Position numbers and translations under genes: made by a program. Of a stretch of 64,000 bases of DNA, positions 21,089-30,763 are shown piece after piece. The stretch's first letter is position 1. Each line of letters begins with the position of its first letter. Source of the stretch: Spirochaetaceae bacterium (GTDB taxonomy: Bacteria; Spirochaetota; Spirochaetia; DSM-2461); the NCBI GenBank assembly GCA_051531975.1, contig JAOPTT010000002.1, positions 345,968 through 409,967 on the forward strand, read 5' to 3'. The notes under the pieces were generated by a model. That model worked only from the letters and a program-made list of their open reading frames with translations, searched no databases and was not told the origin of the DNA.

Positions 21089-21117
21089 AAAAAGGGAAAC
21101 TACGGTTTCCCTTTTTT
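21089..21117. terminator. bidirectional intrinsic terminator
   Basis: AAAAAGGGAAAC-TACG-GTTTCCCTTTTTT. Confidence 0.9.
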
Positions 21118-21151
21118 ATTTATAAATCTTGTAATTATATATTATGTTCTA

Positions 21152-23881
21152 TTAACCTTCTAAATTATTATTTTGAATAATGAGGTCTAAGGCTGACTCA
21201 CCTTTATCATTCTTTTTATTTACATCCGCACCCTTTTCAATCAAATAATCAATTATATTTCTATTGTCCTGATAATAAGAAGCATACATCAACGCTGTCC
21301 AACCCTCATTATTAGTAAAATCAATATCATCAATATATTCTAATAACAAGTCTAAGACTTTAGTACTGTTTTGAAATTGTGATGCAGACATGAATATAGA
21401 CTTACCTTTATTCGTAACGAAGTTAATATCGGCACCATTTTCTAATAACGCTTTTACAATATCTGGGTTAACATTATTCTCAACTGCTATAGCCAGGGAT
21501 GGAACACCATTAGGTAGTCCTTTATTTGGGTTTGCACCATTAGAAATAAGTGTTGATATTATTTCTGGATTATCTTGAAATTGAGATGCAATCATTAAAG
21601 CAGTCCAACCAAACTCATTTTCATTATCTATATCCTTAATATTGTTTAATAGAACCTGCAATGTTTGTGCGTCATCAGTAATTTCAGCCGACAGATGCAC
21701 TGAATTAACACCGTTATCTAAGGATTCTAATGGATCTACACCTACACTAATTAGTAACTCTATAACTTTTGGGTTCTTATGATACTGAATAGCATACATT
21801 AACAGATTTCTTCCGTTTGAGTCTTTAAAACTCATATCTGTACCAGAATCAACCAATGTTTTAATTAATGTAATATCCAAATTACCTTTTATCGCCCATA
21901 GAAGAGGTGTCTCTCCATAGTCGTTTATACTATTTGGATCTGCACCGTTATCTACTAATGTTTTAATAATTTCTAGATTCTTATTATTTTGTACCGCTAT
22001 AAGTAGTGGTGAAGCACCATTTGATAGAGTTTTATTAGGATCAGCACCATTTAAAATAAGTGTTGATATAATTGGGGGATTATCTTGAAATTGAGATGCA
22101 ATCATTAAAGCAGTCCAGCCATTATTGTTTGTTTTATCTACATTAGAAACGTTCTTTAATAAGGTCTCAAGGGTTTTGGGATTATTAGATATTTCTGCAG
22201 AAAGATGAACTGAAGTAGTACCACTACCAAAAGAATCTAATGGGTTGATACCTGCATCAACTAGTATCTTTATTACACTAGGATCTTTATTATATTCTAG
22301 AGCAAACATTAAAAGGTTTCTTCCATTAGAGTTTTTGTACTTTAAATCAGCTCCGGCTTCAACCAAAGTCTGAATGAATAATGTTTCTTTGTTATTTTTA
22401 ATTGCCCATAACAGAGCAGTCTCTTCTTTATTATTTTTCTGGTTAGGATCTGCTCCTTTTTTTAGTAAAGCTTTTAATACTCCAACAGAGTCTTGGTCTG
22501 TTACAGAGTAAAATAGTGGCGAGACACCATCATCATCTGTAACCAATAGATCAGATCCATTATCAATTAATACATTTATTACTTCAGGGTTATCTTGTTT
22601 CATTGAAGCAAGTATTAGCTCGTTCCAACCAAAGACTCCTTTCCTATTTATTTCTGATCCTGCTTTAATAAAAGCTTTAACATTAACTACACTTGAGTTC
22701 ATCGATGACATCATGAAAGGAGTTAAATTATAATTACTTAGATTATGAATATTTGCACCACGACTAATTAGTAACTCAATTATGTCTTTATTATCATCTT
22801 CAATCGCAGAATAATTTAGTGCTGTCCATTTTTGATTATCTTTTAAGTCTATATTAGCTCCATAATCTAATAATAGTTTTACAATCTCATATCCATCACT
22901 TCTATGGGATGAATTCATTATTGGGGTAACGTTAGACTCTCCACGGAAATTTGGGTCAGCACCAGCATCTAAAAGTATTTTATATTTATCTATGTTATTA
23001 TCAAATTTAGATAAAATGATTAAAGCACTATTACCCCGCTTATCTGGATAATTTGGATCTAACCCCTCATCTAAATATTTCTTTAAATCTTCATTATTAG
23101 ATTCGGTTAGTTTATTTATAATCCCATATAACCTCATATCATCTAATAATAGACCTCTAAAAGTCTTAAACTTTTCTGAAGTAGGTTCTAATTCAATTGC
23201 TCTATCTATAGTATCTAAAGATTCTTCATACATTTCTAATCTTAAATAAGTTACAGCTAAACCATGAATAGACCAGCCCCTTGGTTCCATTTCAACTGCG
23301 ATTATTCTGTGTTCTAATGCTTTCTGGTGTTGTTCATCTGCCCCTAATACATTAGCAAATGTCTGATGTACTAAAACTGGTGCAATGTCCCAAATATCTA
23401 GAATATCTTTATAAACTTCTATACCTATCTTATTTAAACCATGGTTTCTACATTGAACTGCTAACATCCATAACAATATTGTATGTTCTCTATTCTCCTG
23501 GACAAAACTTTGAAATTCATGGAAAGTATCTTCTATCTCTTTTTGATTATCTAACATCAATATATAAGTAGCTGCGGATCCCCATAAAGAGTTGCTATCT
23601 AAATCAATAACTTTCTTGAAAAGTACATTTGATTCTTTTTCAAGAAATCTAGATCTTTTTAAAGAAGCATAATAAAAAAGGATCTCCTGATTTTTAGGAT
23701 TTTCAGACATCATGTTATACGTATATAACTCTGCTTGATCCTGTTTCCCACTACTTAAAAGGTCATTAATATTTGACACTACATTTGTTTCAAACTTATT
23801 TGACTCGACATTTGTTTCGGACTTGTTAGAAACACAGCTAACACTCAAAATGAGTAATATTATTGTAATAATTTTTTTCAT
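21152..23881 (-). CDS. lipoprotein with TPR region and long ankyrin-repeat array
   Basis: Lipobox LSVSC; TPR-like helices; many ~34-aa repeats (GWTALMIAS...LI.NGADPN). Confidence 0.88.
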   Translation of the reverse strand: MKKIITIILLILSVSCVSNKSETNVESNKFETNVVSNINDLLSSGKQDQAELYTYNMMSENPKNQEILFYYASLKRSRFLEKESNVLFKKVIDLDSNSLWGSAATYILMLDNQKEIEDTFHEFQSFVQENREHTILLWMLAVQCRNHGLNKIGIEVYKDILDIWDIAPVLVHQTFANVLGADEQHQKALEHRIIAVEMEPRGWSIHGLAVTYLRLEMYEESLDTIDRAIELEPTSEKFKTFRGLLLDDMRLYGIINKLTESNNEDLKKYLDEGLDPNYPDKRGNSALIILSKFDNNIDKYKILLDAGADPNFRGESNVTPIMNSSHRSDGYEIVKLLLDYGANIDLKDNQKWTALNYSAIEDDNKDIIELLISRGANIHNLSNYNLTPFMMSSMNSSVVNVKAFIKAGSEINRKGVFGWNELILASMKQDNPEVINVLIDNGSDLLVTDDDGVSPLFYSVTDQDSVGVLKALLKKGADPNQKNNKEETALLWAIKNNKETLFIQTLVEAGADLKYKNSNGRNLLMFALEYNKDPSVIKILVDAGINPLDSFGSGTTSVHLSAEISNNPKTLETLLKNVSNVDKTNNNGWTALMIASQFQDNPPIISTLILNGADPNKTLSNGASPLLIAVQNNKNLEIIKTLVDNGADPNSINDYGETPLLWAIKGNLDITLIKTLVDSGTDMSFKDSNGRNLLMYAIQYHKNPKVIELLISVGVDPLESLDNGVNSVHLSAEITDDAQTLQVLLNNIKDIDNENEFGWTALMIASQFQDNPEIISTLISNGANPNKGLPNGVPSLAIAVENNVNPDIVKALLENGADINFVTNKGKSIFMSASQFQNSTKVLDLLLEYIDDIDFTNNEGWTALMYASYYQDNRNIIDYLIEKGADVNKKNDKGESALDLIIQNNNLEG

Positions 23882-23922
23882 TATGAATGTTAACTAGTAA
23901 ACAGTTATATGTAAATTCTTTT

Positions 23923-24582
23923 TTATAATAGCTCTAAAATAGTACTAGGTTTAAAACTTTTTTGGCCGTCTGGGTAATAATCATAAGCTTTTGATTGTAA
24001 CTCTTTACTTTTATTCCCTATTGAATCAAACCATATACACTTCATTCCTGCTCGAACTGCTGACCTAAATCCAGTAGAGGTATCTTCAAAAACTAAACAC
24101 TCTTCGGGTTTAAGACCTAGTTCACTAGCAGCATGTATATAAATATCAGGCTGTGGTTTGTCATATTCAACTAATTCAGAAGAATAAAGCTTATTAATAT
24201 ATTTTAAGAGCCCTGTTCGTTCTGCTATTGTCTCAATAATCCATTGGCTACTACCGGAAGCGACTGCCATTGGAATGCCTTTTTTGTGTAGATCTTTAAT
24301 TAGAGATAACATCTTTGGATATATCTCTACATTATCATCAGCAATATCTAAAAAAATCTTATTATTTAATGCAATTAGTTCATCTACTGATCGATCGGTA
24401 ATATTTAGTCGACTCATCATGGACTCAACAAAATATCGAACTCCTCCACCAACAAACTCATTATGATCAATATCTTCGTAAACACCACCAAGTGCCTTGG
24501 CGAACTCTATATCTGTCAACGCGTACGCCCATAGCGTATCCACTAATGTACCATCAAAATCAAAAATAACACCTTTGAACAA
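23923..24582 (-). CDS. HAD-IA family phosphatase
   Basis: DFDGTLVD, ASGS, KPQPD, VFEDT. Confidence 0.9.
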   Translation of the reverse strand: MFKGVIFDFDGTLVDTLWAYALTDIEFAKALGGVYEDIDHNEFVGGGVRYFVESMMSRLNITDRSVDELIALNNKIFLDIADDNVEIYPKMLSLIKDLHKKGIPMAVASGSSQWIIETIAERTGLLKYINKLYSSELVEYDKPQPDIYIHAASELGLKPEECLVFEDTSTGFRSAVRAGMKCIWFDSIGNKSKELQSKAYDYYPDGQKSFKPSTILELL

Positions 24583-24749
24583 ATTAAACTCCTATACTTT
24601 GTAATATTATATAAATTGTAAATAACAACTATTGCAGTAAACGCAACATTAAGTAGTTATCATTTCACTATCAAACATATTGAGAAATTATGCAATTAGG
24701 ATATAATATATTTAAGCATTGTGGTTTTAATGCATAAGGAGATACCGAG

Positions 24750-26594
24750 ATGAAGTTTGAGTATAGAAGTTCCACAACAAAAAAGGGAAGAAGAATGGCT
24801 GGAGCAAGAAGTCTCTGGAGAGCAAGTGGTATGACAGAAGAACAACTAGATAAACCTGTTATTGCAATTGCAAACTCATTTACACAATTTGTACCTGGTC
24901 ATGTTCACTTACACCAAGTTGGACAGGACTTAAAAAATATAATAGAAGAGAGTGGCGCATTTGCTGCTGAGTTTAATACAATGGCTATTTGTGATGGTAT
25001 TGCAATGGGTCACGATGGAATGTTGTACTCATTACCATCAAGAGAATTAATTGCAGATACTGTAGAGTATATGTGTAATGCACATAAGGTTGACGCATTA
25101 GTATGTATCTCTAACTGTGATAAAATTACTCCAGGAATGGCAATTGCTGCTATGAGGTTAAATATACCTACGATCTTTATTTCCGGTGGACCAATGGAAG
25201 CTGGGAAAGTTGATAAAATGAAACTAGACCTTGTTGACGCAATGGTGATGGGTGCAGATGATTCAATTGATGATGCAACAGTAGACAAAGTTGAGAAATC
25301 AGCATGTCCTACATGTGGTTCGTGTTCAGGAATGTTTACTGCGAACTCTATGAACTGTTTAACAGAAGCTTTAGGGCTTTCCCTTCCAGGTAACGGTACA
25401 ATTGTTGCTACTCATGAGAATAGAAAAGAGTTATTTAATAAAGCTGCAAAACGAATAGTAGAGATGACAGAAGAGTACTATGTTAAAGGTAATGTTAATG
25501 TACTACCTAGATCTATCGCAACAAGAGAAGCTTTTAAAAATGCTATGAGTTTAGATATTGCAATGGGTGGTTCTACAAATACAGTACTTCACTTATTGGC
25601 AATTGCAGCTTCTGCTGAAGTTGATTTTACTATGGACGATATGGATGAATTATCTCGAAAAGTTCCTATCCTATCAAAAGTTGCACCAAATAAAGTTCCT
25701 GATGGAAGAGTATTTCATATAGAGGATTGTAACAGAGCTGGAGGTATTTTAGGTATTTTAGGTGAGTTAGACAGAGGTGGTTTATTAGATACAACAACTT
25801 ATAGAGCAGACGGTTTAACACTGAAAGAAGCTATAGACCAATACGATATTAAAAGAGATACAGTTATCCCAGAAGCAATTAATATTTATAAATCCGCACC
25901 AGGTGGCGTTAGATCAATAGTTATGGGTAGTCAAAAAGTTAATTTCAAGGAACTAGATACTGATAGAGAAGATGGTTGTACAAGAAATATAGAGAACTGT
26001 TTTGATACTGAAGGTGGTTTAGCTGTACTATTTGGTAATATTGCATTAAATGGTTGTATTGTTAAAACAGCAGGAGTTGATAAATCTATTTACAATTTTT
26101 GTGGTAATGCGAAAGTATACCACTCCCAAGATGATGCTGTTGAGGCAATATTAGCAGATAAAATAGTAGAAGGTGACATTGTAATTATTACATACGAGGG
26201 ACCAAAAGGTGGACCTGGAATGCAGGAGATGTTATACCCTACTTCATACTTAAAATCTAAACATTTAGGTGCACAGTGTGCACTGTTAACTGATGGTAGA
26301 TTTAGTGGAGGAACATCTGGCTTATCTATTGGTCATGCATCTCCAGAAGCTGCTGCAGGTGGTGCTATTGGGCTTGTTAAAAATGGTGATAAAATTGAAA
26401 TATCAATTCCAAATAGAACTATTAACGTTATGGTATCCGACGAGGAACTTGCAAAGAGACGGAAAGAAGAAGAGGCTTTTGGTAAGGCAGCATTTACTCC
26501 TAGAGGTCGAGGCCGAGTAGTATCTGATGCTTTAAAAGTCTATGGAATGTTAGCAGCATCTGCTGATAAAGGAGCAATGAGAGTTTTAGATTAA
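24750..26594 (+). CDS. ilvD: dihydroxy-acid dehydratase
   Basis: [61 protein letters not shown]. Confidence 0.97.
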   Translation: MKFEYRSSTTKKGRRMAGARSLWRASGMTEEQLDKPVIAIANSFTQFVPGHVHLHQVGQDLKNIIEESGAFAAEFNTMAICDGIAMGHDGMLYSLPSRELIADTVEYMCNAHKVDALVCISNCDKITPGMAIAAMRLNIPTIFISGGPMEAGKVDKMKLDLVDAMVMGADDSIDDATVDKVEKSACPTCGSCSGMFTANSMNCLTEALGLSLPGNGTIVATHENRKELFNKAAKRIVEMTEEYYVKGNVNVLPRSIATREAFKNAMSLDIAMGGSTNTVLHLLAIAASAEVDFTMDDMDELSRKVPILSKVAPNKVPDGRVFHIEDCNRAGGILGILGELDRGGLLDTTTYRADGLTLKEAIDQYDIKRDTVIPEAINIYKSAPGGVRSIVMGSQKVNFKELDTDREDGCTRNIENCFDTEGGLAVLFGNIALNGCIVKTAGVDKSIYNFCGNAKVYHSQDDAVEAILADKIVEGDIVIITYEGPKGGPGMQEMLYPTSYLKSKHLGAQCALLTDGRFSGGTSGLSIGHASPEAAAGGAIGLVKNGDKIEISIPNRTINVMVSDEELAKRRKEEEAFGKAAFTPRGRGRVVSDALKVYGMLAASADKGAMRVLD

Positions 26595-26625
26595 TTATAT
26601 GAAACTCACATAAAGTCCCCTACTA

Positions 26626-26672
26626 TGAGGTGAACCCCTATTGTTGGACAATATTCAACAATAGGGGTTTTT
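26626..26672 (+). mobile_element. solitary IS3-family (IS150-group-like) terminal end forming a terminator hairpin
   Basis: TGAGGTGAACCCCTATTGTTGGACA followed by its partial inverse CAACAATAGGGGTT and a T-run; no transposase follows. Confidence 0.5.
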
Positions 26673-26682
26673 TTATTAATAA

Positions 26683-27312
26683 ATGGGTTATACTAGACCC
26701 ATGATTAAATGGCATAATTTAAACCATCGGTTTGATGATAAAATAATATATGATAACTTTAATCTTGAAGTTAAAACTGGGGAGAAAATCCTTATTAAAG
26801 GTAACTCAGGATGTGGAAAATCAACACTATTTAAAGTAGCACTAGGGCTATTGGTCCCAGATTCAGGAACTATTATTGCAAATAACTTGGAACTAAATCC
26901 TCAGAGTATTACAGAGATTAGAAAGCAAATATTCTATTTAGATCAGGATGTTAACCTTCCTAATATTGAAGTATCAGAAATACTAAAACAGATACTTGAC
27001 TATAAAAATAATAAGTTAACATACTCAGAAAATATTGTCTTAGAAATGTTTGAAGAGTTTAGACTTGAAAAAGATATACTGTATAAAAATGTTAAAGACC
27101 TTTCAGGCGGAGAGAGACAGAGAATTGGAATAATTATTGGACTGCTTTTAGATAGACCTATTTGGTTATTAGATGAACCAACATCGGCACTTGATACCGA
27201 GCTAAAAGAGAAGGTTTTTAAAAAATTAACAGAAAAAACCATAACGATGTTAGTTACATCCCACGATGGGTGTTGGAACGGCTTAAAACAGTATAAGTGG
27301 GGTGAAAAATGA
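26683..27312 (+). CDS. ABC ATP-binding protein (FetA/YbbL-like)
   Basis: GNSGCGKST, LSGGERQR, LLDEPTSALD; start may be ATG 26701. Confidence 0.85.
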   Translation: MGYTRPMIKWHNLNHRFDDKIIYDNFNLEVKTGEKILIKGNSGCGKSTLFKVALGLLVPDSGTIIANNLELNPQSITEIRKQIFYLDQDVNLPNIEVSEILKQILDYKNNKLTYSENIVLEMFEEFRLEKDILYKNVKDLSGGERQRIGIIIGLLLDRPIWLLDEPTSALDTELKEKVFKKLTEKTITMLVTSHDGCWNGLKQYKWGEK

Positions 27313-28070
27313 GTTTTTTACTTCTACTTTTACTCCTAATACCTATAATTATAATGAACCGTTTACTTAAACTCACTTTTAGCAAAGAGTTAATAATTTC
27401 AGTTATTAGAATGTTATTACAACTCTCTTTTGCTGGACTGTATTTACAATATATTTTTAAATTAAATAATCCAGTTATTAATATATTATACCTTTTATTA
27501 ATGATAACTATAGCATCTGCACATTCACTACGATCAAGTTCTCTAAAGCTTAAAGAGTTATTTATACCAATATTTATTTCTGTTGCAGTACCACAGTTTA
27601 TAGTTCTTTTAGCCTTTAATTTAACCGTCGCTGGAGCTGATAAACTGCTTGATGCAAAGTTTTTAATACCGGTTGGAGGAATGTTGTTAGGTAACTGTCT
27701 TAACGGTAATATTTTAGCATTAAATACTTTTTATAGTGGAATTAAAGATGATTCAAAAAGATATAATTTTTCTCTAACGTTAGGAGCAAGCCATAATCAG
27801 GCACTACTACCCTACCTTCGAAATAGTATGAATCTTGCCATAAAACCAACTTTGGCATCAATGGCAACAACTGGTCTTGTAGCATTACCAGGGATGATGA
27901 CAGGGCAGATCTTAGCTGGTTCACTACCACTTACTGCAATTAAGTATCAGATAGCTATATTTATAGCTATTTTAACCGCAAAATATTTTAGTGTATTATT
28001 ATCGATGGTTATATCTAGAAGTAAAGGTTTTACAAAATATTACACTCTAAATTCAGAGATATTTAGATGA
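27309..28070 (+). CDS. ABC permease, FetB/YbbM (UPF0014) family
   Basis: RMLLQL, IPVGGMLLGN, GLVALPGMMTGQILAG, AIKYQI. Confidence 0.9.
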   Translation: MSFLLLLLLLIPIIIMNRLLKLTFSKELIISVIRMLLQLSFAGLYLQYIFKLNNPVINILYLLLMITIASAHSLRSSSLKLKELFIPIFISVAVPQFIVLLAFNLTVAGADKLLDAKFLIPVGGMLLGNCLNGNILALNTFYSGIKDDSKRYNFSLTLGASHNQALLPYLRNSMNLAIKPTLASMATTGLVALPGMMTGQILAGSLPLTAIKYQIAIFIAILTAKYFSVLLSMVISRSKGFTKYYTLNSEIFR

Positions 28071-28120
28071 TATTTATGAGAAGTTAAGCCGCTAGTATTT
28101 ATCTAAAAGAGAAATAATTG

Positions 28121-28170
28121 TGACTTATAATAAAGGAAAATCATCATGATTTATAATAAAGGAAAATCAT
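28121..28170 (+). repeat. 24-bp direct repeat (period 26) containing TATAAT and an RBS-like AAGGA
   Basis: TGACTTATAATAAAGGAAAATCAT (28121) and TGATTTATAATAAAGGAAAATCAT (28147). Confidence 0.8.
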
Positions 28171-28173
28171 TTA

Positions 28174-29130
28174 ATGACTAGAAAGAGAGAGATAATTATA
28201 CAAAATGAAGAAGTTGGAGAAGTCTTATTAAACTGGCTAACTAGGCGTTATACATATCATGATAAAGATAAATGGGAACAGTATATAAATGAAGAAAGAA
28301 TACTTATAAATGGATCAAAAGTAAAACCGCGAACTCTTTTACAAAAGAATGATATTGTAATCTATTATCCAGAGCCAATTATAGAGCCACCTGTAGATTT
28401 TAATTACAAAACTATTTACGAAGATGATGATCTTTTAGTTATAAATAAACCATGTGATCTACCATGCCATCCTGGTGGAATATATTTTGAAAATACATTG
28501 TGGCATTTATTAAAACAGAAATACCCCTACATATCTCTAGTAAATAGGCTAGATAGAGAGACCTCAGGCGTTATGTTAATTGCAAAGACAAAAGAAAGTG
28601 CAAAGTTCTACTTTAATAAGATGATGGAAAGAGAGATAGAAAAAGAGTATATAGTATTAGTCCACGGAGATATAAACCATGAGTTAGATGCTAAAGGTTG
28701 GCTTTTGCCTGATAGTGATAGTGTCATTAGAAAAAAAAGAAAATTCGTTCTTGATCATGAAGCAGCACAACCTGAAGGTGAAGGTGATAAAGAGAGACAA
28801 TTCTGCCATAGTAAGTTCTACCCTCTTATATCAGAAAATGGATTAACTCTACTAAAATGCCAACTATTAACTGGCCGAACACACCAGATTAGAGCAACTA
28901 TATGCAGTTTAGGATTTCCAGTTGTGGGAGATAAAATATACGGACTTGATGATAGTTATTTTTTTAAATTTATTAACGATGAATTAACTTCAGAGGATTG
29001 GTTTAAACTTAAGTTAAAAAATCAAAGTTTACACAGTTATAAAACAACTATCCCAATGATTGACGGAAAAATAAGATCTTATATCGCTTCTGCTCCTTTA
29101 AATTGGCCAATAACAATAAATAATGAATAA
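28174..29130 (+). CDS. RluA family pseudouridine synthase
   Basis: S4-like N-terminus, INKP, NRLDRETSG, TGRTHQIR, VGDKIYG. Confidence 0.92.
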   Translation: MTRKREIIIQNEEVGEVLLNWLTRRYTYHDKDKWEQYINEERILINGSKVKPRTLLQKNDIVIYYPEPIIEPPVDFNYKTIYEDDDLLVINKPCDLPCHPGGIYFENTLWHLLKQKYPYISLVNRLDRETSGVMLIAKTKESAKFYFNKMMEREIEKEYIVLVHGDINHELDAKGWLLPDSDSVIRKKRKFVLDHEAAQPEGEGDKERQFCHSKFYPLISENGLTLLKCQLLTGRTHQIRATICSLGFPVVGDKIYGLDDSYFFKFINDELTSEDWFKLKLKNQSLHSYKTTIPMIDGKIRSYIASAPLNWPITINNE

Positions 29131-29170
29131 AAAAGTTGTAACAACACAATTTATTTCCTATAGTTAAATA

Positions 29171-30763
29171 GTGAAGCTACAAACTAAGATTATTACAACT
29201 GTAATAATTATCTCTATAAGTATAAATTCTCTATTTCAGTATAACGATGTGCGATTAAAAAGAAAAACAGCGCTAGAAAACCTCAATATAAAGATCCAAA
29301 AAACAAGTGATCTGTTAAGTAATGTAAATTCAGGACCACTGTTTTATTACGATGTAACATTGATAGAGACAAATATTTACTCATTTTTAAAAGACTCTGA
29401 AATTAGGTCGATCCATGTATTAGAGGAAAGTGGAGAGATCGATATACACAGAGAAAATGAAACTATTAGTGGTTTAGATTTAATTGAAGTAGAGACAGAT
29501 GTTTATTACGAGGAAGATAAGGTAGGTAGAATTATTACCACATATACTAAGGATATTATTAACAAAAAAATTGCAGACTCAGTGAAATACTCAATTATTA
29601 CACTAATAGCAACCTCATTATTAATATCTATATTTCTTTTAGTTATATTAAGAAAAATAACTAAGCCAATAGCAGAACTAACAGAACTAACATATGAGAT
29701 AAGTAACGGTCATTTAGACAAAGAGATAAAAATATTTAGTTCCGATGAAATTGGAAACCTTGCTAAAAGTTTTATTCGAATGCGTGACTCAATCAAACAA
29801 CAAATTCTATTTTTAAAAATAGAAAATGATGAGAGAAAAAAGGCCGAAATAGAATTATTAGTAAAAACAGAAGAACTTGCAGAAGCAAATAATGAGCTAA
29901 CAGAACACAGAGTAAACCTAGAAGAACTAATAAATAAAAGAACTTTCCAATTACAAGAATCATTAACTAATCTTGAGAAAACTCAATACCAGCTAGTTGA
30001 ATCTGAAAAGATGGCATCTTTAGGAAATTTAGTAGCAGGTGTAGCACACGAAATAAATACTCCTATAGGTATTGGAGTAACAGCAGCATCCCACTTAGAA
30101 CATGAAACAAAAGAATTTCTTAAAGCATATGAGAAAAATGAAATATCCAGAAGTTTGTTAGAGAGGTTCTCAGTTATGGTTGGTGAAAGTTCTAAAATGA
30201 TCCTATCAAATATGTTAAGAGCTGCAAGTTTAATACAGAGTTTCAAGAAAGTAGCAGTTGACCAATCAAGCGAAGAGATCAGATCATTTATGATAAAAGA
30301 GTACATTGATGAAGTATTTATGAGTATACACTCTAAATTTAAAAATACTTCTATTGAGATAGTGATTGAATGTGAGGAAGATTTTAGTATTACAAGTTAT
30401 CCTGGAGCTTTGTCACAAGTAATAACTAATCTTTCAATAAATTCATTACAACATGGTTTTGAGAATATAAAAGAAGGTAAGATTGAAGTTAAAATATTCA
30501 AAGATGATGAGACTGCAAAAATAGAATATTCCGATACGGGTTGTGGGATCTCTGAGGATAATATTAAACAACTCTTTGAGCCATTTTTTACTACCAAAAG
30601 AGGCCAAGGTGGTAGTGGTTTAGGAATGAATATAGTTTATAACCTAATTAACCAAACACTAAGAGGTTCTGTCGAGTGTAGTAGTAAACTTGGAGTAGGA
30701 ACTAAATTTAAAATAAACTTCCCTATAAAAATTGATAATTTAAAAAGGAGATACAATGTTTGA
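29171..30763 (+). CDS. HAMP-domain sensor histidine kinase
   Basis: Two TM helices, HAMP, EKMASLG.LVAGVAHEINTP, PFFTTKRGQGGSGLG. Confidence 0.93.
   Translation: MKLQTKIITTVIIISISINSLFQYNDVRLKRKTALENLNIKIQKTSDLLSNVNSGPLFYYDVTLIETNIYSFLKDSEIRSIHVLEESGEIDIHRENETISGLDLIEVETDVYYEEDKVGRIITTYTKDIINKKIADSVKYSIITLIATSLLISIFLLVILRKITKPIAELTELTYEISNGHLDKEIKIFSSDEIGNLAKSFIRMRDSIKQQILFLKIENDERKKAEIELLVKTEELAEANNELTEHRVNLEELINKRTFQLQESLTNLEKTQYQLVESEKMASLGNLVAGVAHEINTPIGIGVTAASHLEHETKEFLKAYEKNEISRSLLERFSVMVGESSKMILSNMLRAASLIQSFKKVAVDQSSEEIRSFMIKEYIDEVFMSIHSKFKNTSIEIVIECEEDFSITSYPGALSQVITNLSINSLQHGFENIKEGKIEVKIFKDDETAKIEYSDTGCGISEDNIKQLFEPFFTTKRGQGGSGLGMNIVYNLINQTLRGSVECSSKLGVGTKFKINFPIKIDNLKRRYNV

Noticed and set aside
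24650..24675. Possible Fur box upstream of ilvD
   Set aside because: Only a partial match to GATAATGATAATCATTATC, expected by chance in AT-rich DNA
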